A stretch of 64,000 nucleotides of DNA, taken from the NCBI RefSeq assembly GCF_001194135.2, contig NC_068985.1:61006151-61070150 (forward strand). Direction: 5' to 3'. The stretch's first letter is position 1, and each line of letters begins with the position of its first letter. Both the position numbers and the translations under genes were made by a program. Shown here one piece after another: positions 26,598-38,208 of the stretch. Below the pieces are notes generated by a model that was not told where the DNA came from, searched no databases, and saw nothing but the letters and a program-made list of their open reading frames with translations. Source of the stretch: Octopus bimaculoides. Lineage: Eukaryota.

Positions 26598-26790
26598 CCC
26601 TTTAGCATTCAGATTAATCTGTCAAATGCAATGCTTATTTACTCACATTTTTCTGACTTATTCACACAATATTTCATAGCTTCAAGATTTTGTGACTATT
26701 TAGTTTTAGACTGACATTGTAAGATAGGGTGTGAGAGGCGAGATCTGGCCAGTTTGAACATAAAACAGGTAGAATATTCTGGCCAAATCC
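26598..26790. mobile_element. One end of a piggyBac-type MITE
   Basis: TTAA-CCCTTTAGCATTC terminus, the same TTAA-CCCTTT start as the element at 30427; the matching right end was not found. Confidence 0.45.
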
Positions 26791-27798
26791 TTCTCTTCTA
26801 ACTGGATACATTTTATTTAAAAAACACGTACAGATCCTTGGTTGTCTGTAGCAGCCTTCATTCTGTTGCAAACATTTCCTCTCCTCTTAAGCCTTGTTAC
26901 TACAGATGGTCATCAGCTGATATACAAAAATAACGTCAGTCCGACCAATGTAACAAGTGTGAGACACTGACCAAGTAACCTTTAGCTACACCAATCTCAC
27001 TTCTGTACATGGACCACTGGAGGATGTACAGACCCTCTTCACTGCATTAATTTGTAATAAAAAAGAAAAAAAAAATTTTTTTTTTGAAATTGTATTACTA
27101 GAATTTCTGATGTGAAAAAAATAAGGAAAAACTTATAGTTTAGATTCTAAAGATAAAAACCACGTGAAAAATATTATGAGTATTTTTAAAAATTAATTTA
27201 TTTGAAAAAAAACAAACAAAACAAACAATCTAATTTTCATAATGTATCACGATATTACCACACTATAGCATCCTCTTAAACAATTTATAGAGACGTTGAT
27301 AATATTTTTGAAAGAAAGTTTAAGTTTACTCCAGTATAAACAATAAAAGTCTTACTTTGTTGTAGCCTTCAAATAACACAACTTGAAAGTTTACGAAAAT
27401 ATTTTGAGTAAGATTTATTTAGCAAGCTTAATTTTTTTTTAATCAGATGATTAAATCTGAAATTAAAATACTGAATTAATGCACGCGCGTTTTTAAAATA
27501 AAATGTACCCAAAACCAAAGATAAGTGGTTCACCAGGTACATGGGAGATAATTCAATACATTTTTATTAAGTAAAACATAGTTACCCCCCTTCTAACGAA
27601 CACTAGGTTCTAGGTAAATTCCACCGCGGTAAATTCCACCAGGTGAATTTCACCACAGGTAAATTCCACCGCGATATATTCCACCCATGGACAGACTTCC
27701 AGTATAAGGTGCTCCCGCTAATAATCACCGTGGTCAGTTTCTCTAGACCGTGAATCAATACCTATGTTATTTAATCTGTGTGTCTCTCAAGTCTTAAG

Positions 27799-27880
<82 letters not shown>

Positions 27881-27901
27881 GAGAGAAAGAGAGAAAGAGA
27901 A

Positions 27902-27959
<58 letters not shown>
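27799..27959. repeat. (GA)n/(GAAA) compound microsatellite
   Basis: Direct reading. Confidence 0.97.
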
Positions 27960-28193
27960 TCCGAAGGTGAAATAGAAAATAATCTTTATAATCTACTTGA
28001 ATTGAGATGGGATCAATTTAATGTACTCCCATCAAGCAAGAATCTATGAAAAAGACTCATCAGAAAATTTCAAAAATAATATAATTTGGGATAAAGAAAG
28101 AAAAGATTAAACTTTAGTATACATTTTATTATAACAATAGGATAAAAAATAACAGTGAGTACATTGTGAAGCAGAGTTAGGATAAAGTTTAAT

Positions 28194-29390
28194 TTATCTA
28201 AAATAAATTTCTCTAGACAAATTCTGTGCAATACTTCTTAAAAATTGCAGAGAGTTTTCGTTTTGATATTCCTGAATTAGCTTCTTCAGTCGTGCAACAA
28301 TAATTTGATAGGTCTCTTTTTTTTAGTCTTCACGTCAAATATGTGCAATTTTTGTCTGGCTTAATCCTTCCTCAGCTTTAATGGCAGTGCATAGTTTCCA
28401 CAAATTTGGATGTGTGAATGTTAGTGATGAGCACAAAGCATTGTGGAACCCTTCTAAAGAATTATTTGATCTTGGCAAGTCCTTTAAGATGCAATCACTT
28501 ACATTCCAGAGTTGTATAGGAAAATGTGGGCTTTCTCCTTGCTGATGAGGACCGCAACCCCTTACAATCTCAATCTCAAAATAGGTGATAAACTCAGAAG
28601 GGATGTCTCGATCGTCAGATAAATTTTCAAATACATTGACAATGTCTTCAATTGGCAAAATGTGCTTAATTCTAAGCTGAAAACTTTCATATATGTGTTA
28701 TATCTCATACTCTCACCAAGTGCACATATCTTCCGCCAACAAGACTGTCCAAGATGAAAAACACAACCAACTACTTCTGAATACGGAAATAGAGAAACAA
28801 ATACATTATCAAGAGCTTTTCCAAAGTCCATGAGACAGGATACATACAGGTTGACAATTTGGTCTTAAATCACGCACAGAAGACAGAAGATGATGATATG
28901 AGGCTTCTTTTTGTTGGGAAGGCAAATAGTTGGGGCACATGAACTTCCAGTGACAATATGTAGTGTCAATAACTGACTCCACAAATTAGAAGATACCTTG
29001 AAAGTTCCATCACAGGCCCAATTCTTAGAGCTTTCTAGATCATCCAAGCCTTTTTCTGAGGAAAAAACTAAAATTCTGTGTGGGCCATCCATGCCACTGT
29101 CAAAGACCAAAAACAAGGACCCATCTTCTAAATACTTAACTGACCTACAAATTGGATGTGCTGGAATCCCTAAAGCATGCTGCCTCTAGTTACGTATTTT
29201 ACGTGAAAGTCCAGAGATGGTTTGCAACCGTGATTTTGTTTCCTCATCAAGATTTTGTACAGCAGAAGGAATTACAGATCTAGTCTTTCTCATTCACAAA
29301 ATAAGCACCACCACCCCTAATGCTGCTCAGACTGCTTTCAATTTTGGTGTAGCGATGCAACTCTGAATTTTGATTATGATCAACCAATTA
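28194..29390 (-). pseudogene. MULE DDE transposase pseudogene (copy A)
   Basis: TRSVIPSAVQNLDEE, FLVFDSG..RILVFSS..WACDGTFKV, MDFGKA, GCVFHLGQSCWRKI (CxxH), PRSNNSLEGFHNAL, LQFLRSIAQNL; frameshifted. Confidence 0.9.
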
Positions 29391-30426
29391 CTTTATCTCG
29401 TAAATTAAAGAATTTGATTTTATTTGGAATTAAAGTTGGGAAATCTGGGTAATTTTAGCCAATCAACAGACAGCGTGGCATTAGCAACTTGTTACCATAA
29501 ACAACTGCATGCTGTGTTGTGGTTCACTGTTGTCTGTGCCGCTGTTGTCTATGCTGATTTTTTACACTTGATTCTTCACACCACGAGATTCTTTTCACCC
29601 ACGCGTTTTGTTTTAATTTTTCTGAGTTAGTATCTAACATATTTTTCTATGTGTGTGTTAGTATTTTTCCATGTGATAGTATTCTTACATATTTTTCCTT
29701 TCCTATATTTTTAGGACTCATTGAATCACATAGATAGATTTATGATTTCACTAGGTTAATTCTATTCATAGAAATTTTAATTAGCAGTATCTCTTAAACT
29801 GTTAGCTTCACATTTCAACAGCTTAACTGAAATTTAGCCCACATAACAAGAACTGAGAGGATATCGTGTGGAACAGAGAAACTGTGAGTGATACAGATAA
29901 TTTGACATTTTTGAATTCTGCATGCAAAAACATATAAGATACAGGTATTCTTCTCCTTGGGACAAATTCATTGTTGACCAGTGTTATTCTTATCGCAGTT
30001 TACAAATCCAAGCATGAAAACGTTACTCAACTTTGGAGTTTTGGAGACAGACACACACACACACACACACTTATATATTAATGATGTACACAAATAGATG
30101 ACAGGTATACATAATACTGAAATATGCATGAAGTAAACACATACAGACAAATATATTAATATAAAAAATTAAAAACATACAATCAATGAAGAGACAAAAG
30201 AAACAGTAAGATGATACATGTTCATTTTATCAGGTGTTTCTGTTTATTTAGAATGCTACAATGAACGGGCCAGACACTAAACTATAAATTTCACTGTGTA
30301 CAACCTTAAAGTTGACACTGCTCCACTAAATGCAGAAAATTGTTCTCTTGCTATTGGCTAAAAATACAGTTTTTTTTTTTTTTTTAAACCTCTGTAAATC
30401 TTTTCTCCACAACATCATTCCTTTAA

Positions 30427-31663
30427 CCCTTTCGTTACTAACCCGGCTGAAAAGTTTTTTGGTTTATAAGACCAGCCCGGCCGTAGCCGGCCGAGAGTAC
30501 CCATTGTTATTTAAATGTATATTTGAACCCAAATCTCGTTAGTACATTCATTAAAACACCTGATTTCACTTTGCAAACAGTTGAGTTATTGTATCCGACA
30601 TTGTTTGGCGTGATATTTGAACTCAGTNNNNNNNNNNNNNNNNNNNNNNNNNNNNNNNNNNNNNNNNNNNNNNNNNNNNNNNNNNNNNNNNNNNNNNNNN
30701 NNNNNNNNNNNNNNNNNNNNNNNNNNNNNNNNNNNNNNNNNNNNNNNNNNNNNNNNNNNNNNNNNNNNNNNNNNNNNNNNNNNNNNNNNNNNNNNNNNNN
30801 NNNNNNNNNNNNNNNNNNNNNNNNNNNNNNNNNNNNNNNNNNNNNNNNNNNNNNNNNNNNNNNNNNNNNNNNNNNNNNNNNNNNNNNNNNNNNNNNNNNN
30901 NNNNNNNNNNNNNNNNNNNNNNNNNNNNNNNNNNNNNNNNNNNNNNNNNNNNNNNNNNNNNNNNNNNNNNNNNNNNNNNNNNNNNNNNNNNNNNNNNNNN
31001 NNNNNNNNNNNNNNNNNNNNNNNNNNNNNNNNNNNNNNNNNNNNNNNNNNNNNNNNNNNNNNNNNNNNNNNNNNNNNNNNNNNNNNNNNNNNNNNNNNNN
31101 NNNNNNNNNNNNNNNNNNNNNNNNNNNNNNNNNNNNNNNNNNNNNNNNNNNNNNNNNNNNNNNNNNNNNNNNNNNNNNNNNNNNNNNNNNNNNNNNNNNN
31201 NNNNNNNNNNNNNNNNNNNNNNNNNNNNNNNNNNNNNNNNNNNNNNNNNNNNNNNNNNNNNNNNNNNNNNNNNNNNNNNNNNNNNNNNNNNNNNNNNNNN
31301 NNNNNNNNNNNNNNNNNNNNNNNNNNNNNNNNNNNNNNNNNNNNNNNNNNNNNNNNNNNNNNNNNNNNNNNNNNNNNNNNNNNNNNNNNNNNNNNNNNNN
31401 NNNNNNNNNNNNNNNNNNNNNNNNNNNNNNNNNNNNNNNNNNNNNNNNNNNNNNNNNNNCGTGGAGAACTTTGAGACAAAAATTATGCAATAGAATTGAT
31501 TAAGAACCCTTTCTTTAATTATGTTCCAAATATCACATTAATATGTTGATAAATAAAAAAGTTACAGGTGTTTAATGAGACTAGTCTAAATTCATGATTA
31601 TTTTAGAATTTAATTGAAACTCATGAGGGGTGTATTTTGGTCAGAAATATAGTAACGAAAGGG
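30427..31663. mobile_element. piggyBac-type non-autonomous element with TTAA target duplication (interior mostly gap)
   Basis: TTAA(30423-30426)-CCCTTTCGTTACTA ... TAGTAACGAAAGGG-TTAA(31664-31667): 14 bp perfect terminal inverted repeat. The two ends are separated by an N gap. Confidence 0.75.
30628..31459. other. Assembly gap (832 N)
   Basis: N run. Confidence 0.98.
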
Positions 31664-31729
31664 TTAAAGCAATGAGACTGGAAGGCTACATTATTACAGC
31701 TGATTTTCAGATTTTTTACTTTTAAAAAA

Positions 31730-32039
31730 TGCATATTTTGCAAATGAGAAAAACTAGATCTGGAATTACTTCCTCTGAAAATACTGTGCCCATTTTCATT
31801 ACTTCATTGAGTCAACTGCTTTTCGTGCATTAACTTGTGCACTGCTTGCAGAGTAATTATGGGTTCATTGCTTTTGCGAGTTGTATGCAGTCTAGCTCGG
31901 CAACCTTTATAAAACCACTAACAACACCAATATGTCTTGGTTTTTCTACTGTTGTTTCCATGCTTTTTGTATATATATAATTCTCTTCATCGCAAAGCTT
32001 TCATTTGTTCTTTTCGGATGTGATAAATGTGACAGCCAT
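31730..32039 (-). pseudogene. MULE transposase N-terminus with FLYWCH-type zinc finger (copy B, truncated)
   Basis: MAVTFITSEKNK*KLCDEENYIYTK / KTYWCC*WFYKGCRARLHTT / HNYSASSAQVNARKAVDSMK across frameshifts; ATG at 32039. Confidence 0.72.
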
Positions 32040-32209
32040 AGTCGAAAGAATCAGAGTTAATTCCTCGGAAGTGCCTGCAGCTCTGGTGTTGAGTGCGCGT
32101 TGTTTTCTTTTTCCTTGTTCTTCTTTTTATTCTTCAATGCAGTGTCCATGACTGTCAGCAGGTGACTGACAACCATCAGATTTCCTGTTTAAATACTTGC
32201 TGGTAGGCA

Positions 32210-33338
32210 CCAGCCCCTATAGCTAGTTAACTGTCACATGACACAACTTAAGCTTCAACTGAGCAATAGAGGGGAAAGACATGTAATTTTGGCCCATGCT
32301 CTCTCTAGGCCTACCTTCCAACAGAGTTCTTTGAATTTCAGCTCCATCAGGCAAAGCTGTCAAACCTTTGAACAGTCGGGGAGGGGGGCACACACTAAAC
32401 TAGATATGTTCCCTCCGCTAAATGCTGTTTAAGTGTCAGCCAGCCTCACCTGGTGATGCTATTTCTCAGTTGGCATGTTATGGCATTCAAACCATTTTGA
32501 GTCTTCTTGTTTCAGCCATATACAGAAGCTGACCTTTTTGACCGCCTTCTGTATCCTCCTTGTTATTTTTCTCAGCTCTGCGCTCGAAAATCCAGATCTT
32601 CTTTTAAATAGCATTGCCATTTTCCTTTCAATGAAGCCTCTTGCCTCCACTGCCAAGTGGTAATACTCAACAGCCCACCCCTGTTCCCTGCACTCTTCTA
32701 TTAATCTCTCATATTCCTCTCCTTCCGTCACTCTGCATTAGCAATGTTCTCTTCCCATGGCACTGTCAACTCTATCAAAATTCCAAAGGATTAAGTCTGA
32801 TCATTTTGTTGTTATTATGAGTGGGAATATTACTTGTCTTTCCAAATCCGCAGCCAGCTCCCAGTAACCTTTCCATCTTTCATCTGTCTTGTATACTTTT
32901 CTGGACCTAGTTTTATGTCCTTTTCCCTCCTTCTGGAAGAATATCCTTCCGCACTTTTCCACTTTCGTGTACTGTCCCCTATTGTACTCCTCGATCTTCT
33001 CCTTGAGTGCTGTGCTTATAACACCAAGGACTTGGTTTGTGATGCCATGTATATCTGTCCAGTGCCAGTCTGCAGTTTGACAGGACATGTCTCATTGTTG
33101 CTTTCTCTCTGCATTTACATTCATCAGCCGTTTGTATGCTCCACTGGACTAAGTTGGCTGGCGATGGCAAAACATCGAAAGTGGATTTGATCAGGAAGGA
33201 TATTCTTGCTCGTTCCCAAGCCCAAAGTTCTTTCCATGTGATTTTGCGATTGACCACATATTCCTCCCATCTTAGGCACTGACCCTGTTGGCTACACTGC
33301 ACCAAATGTATGTTTTGCCTTTCTTTTTCCTCTTCAAG
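32210..33338 (-). mobile_element. 3' part of an RLE-type non-LTR retrotransposon, HERO-like (zinc knuckle, restriction-like endonuclease, 3' UTR)
   Basis: SQQGQCLRWE..RKITWKELWAWERARISFLIKSTFDVLPSPANLVQW..CKC..HVLSNC..RYTW, NQVL, WELAADLERQVIFP, EYERLIEECREQGW..AVEARGF..AVKKVSFCIWLK. The 3' boundary is approximate. Confidence 0.82.
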
Positions 33339-34010
33339 ACCATTCCGTCCCAAGTCATTATAAATGGTATTATTTTAACCATATATCCATTCATCTGTTT
33401 AATTTCTTTAGCAAGTCTATTGTATGTTTGTATTTTTGTCATTTCGACTTCGTCCAATTTTGATTATTATTGTTTCTTTTCTTTCGTGGTCAAATATTGC
33501 AATATCAGGATTATTGTTTTCTATATGGTTTGGTGTTATTACTGGGCTATCTACTAAAATCTTAACCTTTTCATTTGTCGTTACCTTTTCTGTTTGAACG
33601 TTTTCTGGGAGTTTTTTTGGTATGTTATATTGCTGTAGTAGGTTCGCAAAGATTATTTTGGTTACCTTATCATGTCTCTCTTTATATTTTCTGTGTGCTA
33701 TTCTTCTACATTGCATTGCCATATATTCGATATTTCCATTGTATTTTACAATATCTGCATGTCTTTTTTCTTCCATAATAGTTGTTTCTGCCTTGTAAAT
33801 ACTGTATAATATTTTTATCTATCATTAAGTATTTGCTTTGTTTTATAAATTTCAATGAGTCTATTTTTGATACTGCTTCCTCATTCAGGTGTTTATAGTA
33901 TTCACCGTGTATTTCTTTGTGTGATTGTTCCTTGATTATTTTTTCTCCCTCGTATTTTCTGTATTCATTGACATTATTCATATTATTTTTTATGCATTCT
34001 TTTTTTTATT
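33339..34010 (-). mobile_element. Fragment of a second RLE-type non-LTR retrotransposon (R4/Dong-like CCHC plus RLE)
   Basis: HGEYYK..YLQGRNNYYGRKKTCRYCK, IEYMAMQC..YKERHDKV, NEKVKILVD..NNPDIAIFDHERKETIII, KIQTYNRLAKEI..KIIPFIMTWDG over three frames. Confidence 0.8.
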
Positions 34011-34129
34011 TCTATAATACCGTAACTAATATATTGGTGAAATTTACCATGGTGGAATATACCGTGGTGAAATTTACCTATCATAAAATTTACCTGGTGG
34101 AATTTACCAGTCACCATTTCGACTGTAGA

Positions 34130-34790
34130 TACAAGGTCAGAAATCAGGAGATTAGTTGATTACATTGACCCCCAGTACTTGACCAGCATTTTATTTTATC
34201 AACCACACCCAAAGGATAAAGACAAAGTTGATTTCAGCAGGATGTGCATTCAGTGCATAAAGAACCAAAATAAATACCGTACGGAATTATTAGTTTACTA
34301 GATCATTCACGAGAACTGCACATTGTAGTTTAGACTAAATGGCTGAGTATTCCAGAGACATTTGTACTCCTAATATCATTCAGACAAAATCAGTATGATA
34401 CTGCATGTGACAGATGGGCTCCATAAAACTCAAAGTTCATTTTTCGAGTAATAATAATAATAATAGTAATTCTTTATATAGGCTACCAACCATAAGCACA
34501 AGGCCTAACATTTGTAAGGAAGGGAGCTAGTCAATTACATCAACCCCAGTACTTGACTGACACTTATTTTATCGAACACAAAACAATGAAATGTTAGGTC
34601 AACCTCAGCAGAATTTGAACTCAGAATGTAATGGGTTGGAAGAAATACAAAACATTTTGTTCAATGCTCTAACAGTTCTGCCAGTTAGCCACCTTAACAA
34701 CAAAAATAATCTTTTCTTCTATAGGCACAAGGCCTGAAATGTTGGAGGAGGAGGCTAGTTGATTACATCGATCCCAGTGTTCAACTGGTA
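34130..34790 (-). repeat. Cluster of two to three family-A SINE copies
   Basis: Reverse complement of the family-A core (gattacat..accccagtacttgac...tttatcg..aaaggat..aaagttgac...gaatttgaactcag). Confidence 0.65.
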
Positions 34791-36030
34791 CAATTTAGGT
34801 CCTAACGGTCAAATGATGAAGAACCAACCATCCATATATCCATCTATGTGAGTGTGTGTGCAGTGTGAGTATAGTGTGTGTAGTATGGTGCTTGCCATTT
34901 CCAAGCTCATATTTTCTGCCAGCAGTCACTTTCTCTCATTTATAGTTGGGACACTACACTCAACTCTTTACACATGCTACCACATAGAATTGGGTTCTTT
35001 ACCTGATTACCAGTTTCTATTCCCAGTTGGAACTGATTCCGTTATATCATCAGTGGTTTTATGCAAATTATATAAAAGTTGGGAGGTGGAGTAGGGGATT
35101 GAGAATGAAGAAACAATGTGCAGAGGAGAGGGGGAGGCTGGAAGAAATGGATTGGAAGTAAGATAACATGAAACAGAACAGATGTCAATAAGACAAGAGG
35201 CAGAGGGGTGCAAACAGAGAGACGGTGTGGGAAATTGAACAAACCAGGGAAAGAGGGAGAAAGAAAAAGAGAGGTGCAAGAATAGTAGTGGAATGGGTTG
35301 AAGAAAAATCGAATAACAACGGTAGAAATGTGATGGGGGAAGGAATCAGAATGTTCAACTCTTGTTCATAAATTACAAGTCAGATCCTATTCTCGCAATT
35401 CCATGAGTACCATTTTACAGACATTTACCTGATTGTCAAGAAGTAATACTTGTATACTCAATACTGCAAATTAGATATTCTTCAGGCTTAGCTAATGATT
35501 ACTTTACTCTTCTTTAATATAATTGAAACCCATATTAGAGTCTTAAGTGTCATATTTACCTGGATTACCAGCAAATTGAGTTCAAAAACCTAAGAGATAC
35601 TCTTTCATTTGTTTCAGTCATTGGACCACAGCCATACTGTCTATAAGAGTTTAGTTAAACAAATCAACCCCAGTATTTTAAGTTTGGTTTTTATTGTAGT
35701 AGATGTTTGTTTTTGCCATGCCACTAAGTTACAGGGACATATACAAAACAATGCCAGTTATCAAGCATTGGAGGAGACAGATACAAACAGACATACACAA
35801 ACATATTCATAGGTATAATATAGATTTTCTGGAGCCTTTAGTTCCAAAGCCTTAAAATTAATTGTATGCGTTTTTTAATTAAAAGGTACCAAAAACCAGA
35901 TTCTTGATAAAAAATGGCTGATCTTTCTGAATCAGGGATGGTCACTTTGGTCAACAAACACTAAATTAAACAAATATTTAGCTTACTTGAACAATTAAAT
36001 GAAATGAAATACCTATACATTAGTGTAAAT

Positions 36031-36283
36031 CAGTGGCTCTCAACCATTTTTTTTTCTATGGACCCCTTTTATTCCTATTTTACTTGGATAGACACCCTTA
36101 GTCATTCAATGTTTTAAAATTCCTATTATATTTTTATAATTAGATATTATTAAGAATTGTGTGAAAAATTGCTTAAGTATTTTGTGTATTGTAGAAGTAG
36201 ATCCAATTTATTGCACATAAATTTTAACAAAATTTTAATATGGACCCCCAAAAGCCATATGAACCCTGATTGAGAACCACCTG
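36031..36283. mobile_element. hAT (Charlie-like) MITE
   Basis: Ends cagtggctctcaacc ... gattgagaaccacctg; flanks gtgtaaat and g(g)gtaaat form a near-identical 8 bp TSD fitting NTNTANAN. Confidence 0.72.
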
Positions 36284-36457
36284 GGTAAATTATAAGAGAT
36301 TCCAGACCATAAGTGACTGGAAAATCAGTGTTGTACCTCTATACACAGCTTCCACACAATTTCCATCTACAATTCACTCACTAAGTACTACTTGGCCTGA
36401 GTATTACTTGGTTCAAGGTGTGGGATAGAAAAACTGAACTTCAAAGCTAGTTTCTTA

Positions 36458-36689
36458 TTTCTTTACTGCCCACAAGGGGCTACACACAGAGGAGACAAAC
36501 AACGACAGACAAAGTGATTAAGTCGATTACATCAACCCCAGTGCGTAACTGGTACTTAATTTATCGACCCCGAAAGGATGAAAGGCAAAGTCGACCTCAG
36601 TAGAATTTGAACTCTGACCGTAAAAACAGACGAAATACCGGTAAGTATTTCACCTGGTGTGCTAACGTTTCTGCCAGCTCACCACCTTA
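36458..36689 (-). repeat. Young family-A SINE (CpGs retained, different tail)
   Basis: atttatcgaccccgaaaggatgaaaggcaaagtcgacctc...tgctaacgtttctgccagctcaccacctta. Confidence 0.78.
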
Positions 36690-36833
36690 AAGCTAGTTTC
36701 TATGAAGACATCATCTTTCCTAAATACAAAAGGCAAAGATGTCTACATCAATGTCCAAACAACCCAATACATTATAGTAGATATTACAAGATGACAATCA
36801 ATTTAATGTGTTGTTTAGTTTATTGCAACTTAC

Positions 36834-36954
36834 CTTCATTTAGAGATAGTAATGTTACTGCAGTAGAAAGCCGTCCACTGCCAAGACTAACCAGATGAGG
36901 TTTCTCTGAATGAACCTTGTATGCTGACCCAGCTTCAGTGACTTCCAGCTGGTC
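36834..36954 (-). CDS. PHLDB1: PHLDB/LL5 coding exon, N-terminal/FHA start; 121 bp, phase 0-1
   Basis: DQLEVTEAGSAYKVHSEKPHLVSLGSGRLSTAVTLLSLNE(G) matches the recalled PHLDB1 segment LDLIETGKGLKVQTDKPHLVSLGSGRLSTAITLLPLEEG. Acceptor tttcattttgtacag, donor gtaagt. Confidence 0.93.
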
Positions 36955-37734
36955 CTGTACAAAATGAAAATATATTAGATTAATAATGAAAACGGTTTTA
37001 GCAAACAACTACATACAGTTACATAACAAGCTTGTGGTGAAAATATAGTAATGTAACAGCTAAACACACACACACAGAGTTATATAGCCACCGTGCTGTT
37101 AAACATACAATTTTATAACCATAAATGCACAGAAGTCACTTGCTAACAAGTATAAACTGGTAGCTTGTACCATGATTTCACAAATTGTTTTAGGTGTCTA
37201 TATAATCACAAGCAGACATCCTCTCAACTTATTTTTGACTCAGCAGAGCATCAAGGATGTGACAGCTGGAGGGAAAACAGGGCTCTACCAGCATTCAGCT
37301 GGTCCTCAATTAAAGCTGAAGCAATGTGAAACAATATGCTTTGCTCAAAGATATAGAGTACCACCTGATCCAGGAACTGAAACCATAACTTTATGAGTAT
37401 AAGGTCAAACCCTTCACTAAGTATGAATGATGGAATAATAATAATGTTTAAAGCAACAAAACACAGGGATAAATGTTAGCAAGGGCATTCAGTTATAGCT
37501 CCTTATGATCTAAGTTCAACTATCATTGAGGTAAACTTGAAATCTTTCATCCTCCCTATCCTAGATATATCCACCTAACTATCTGTTTTTCATGCAGAAG
37601 CTAACGCAAGTATAGTCCAAGTTTGCACAAGAAATATCATTAAGTCCATTGTTCCATTTACCACAGAAGAAAATATATAAACAATAACACTGTTGCATTC
37701 TTCATACTAACACTACTGTCTCAGTCCATCTAGC

Positions 37735-37735
<1 letters not shown>

Positions 37736-37769
<34 letters not shown>
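37736..37769 (+). repeat. Poly(A) run (34 nt)
   Basis: Direct reading. Confidence 0.95.
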
Positions 37770-37772
<3 letters not shown>

Positions 37773-38048
37773 CCATGACATTTCAAATATCCACTGGACA
37801 AGTACTTTGGTATTTTGACCTACTGGCTACAAATCATCCAATTATTCACTCTGCTTCCAATGTCAGTTAATCAGTATTCATTGTTGGATAATTCTGCTTA
37901 GAAAAGACCACACCAATTAGCTGCTTCTATCATAGTTGCCTTTAGATTAAACAAAGTAGATTAACAACACTGTCATTGGGACAGGTAACAAGACAGATTC
38001 AATATATTCTGTGTTATCACTATCTGACAATGGTACATACTGAAAGCT

Positions 38049-38208
38049 ACAAACGATGGTAGACACCAATAGCTACAACCTACTCATTATCTCAGAAAGC
38101 AGAATTTTACAGATGTTCAGCAGGTGTAACAAACTATGGTAGACGCCAACAGCTACAATCTACTCATTATCTCAGAAAGTAGAATTTTACAGATGTTCAG
38201 CAGGTGTA
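38049..38208. repeat. Tandem duplication, 2 x 80 bp (5 mismatches)
   Basis: acaaacgatggtagacacc...cagcaggtgta occurs twice. Confidence 0.93.

Larger units (their letters stand above)
27606..34115 (-). mobile_element. Mutator-like (MULE) composite region bounded by inverted arrays of GGTAAATTCCACC-type repeats
   Basis: Left array 27606-27686 (ggttctaggtaaattccacc...) and inverted right array about 34035-34115 (...ggtggaatttaccagtcacc); MULE transposase remnants inside; no TSD recognised. Confidence 0.7.

Noticed and set aside
27440-27480. Minus-strand YFNFRFNHL resembles the expected next PHLDB exon motif (xxFRFNHP)
   Set aside because: It lies upstream of the 26262-26444 exon (wrong order), lacks the Pro and the CLG motif, and runs into poly-K and a stop; likely chance in AT-rich DNA.
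27606-27686. Short GGTAAATTCCACC repeats that could look like a CRISPR array
   Set aside because: No unique spacers of constant length, no cas genes, eukaryotic context; an inverted partner array at 34035-34115 marks them as transposon terminal repeats.
27764-27975. RE-rich ORFs
   Set aside because: Translations of a (GA)n microsatellite.
29470-29520. CCAAT and RFX-like (gttaccataaacaac) motifs suggesting a promoter
   Set aside because: Imperfect match inside a transposon nest, with no supporting transcription start or exon.
30507-31503. ORFs of about 300 aa in the ORF track
   Set aside because: They consist almost entirely of X from the 832 N gap.
37736-37769. Poly(A) as the tail of a processed pseudogene
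   Set aside because: No upstream ORF, canonical poly(A) signal or TSD was recognised.
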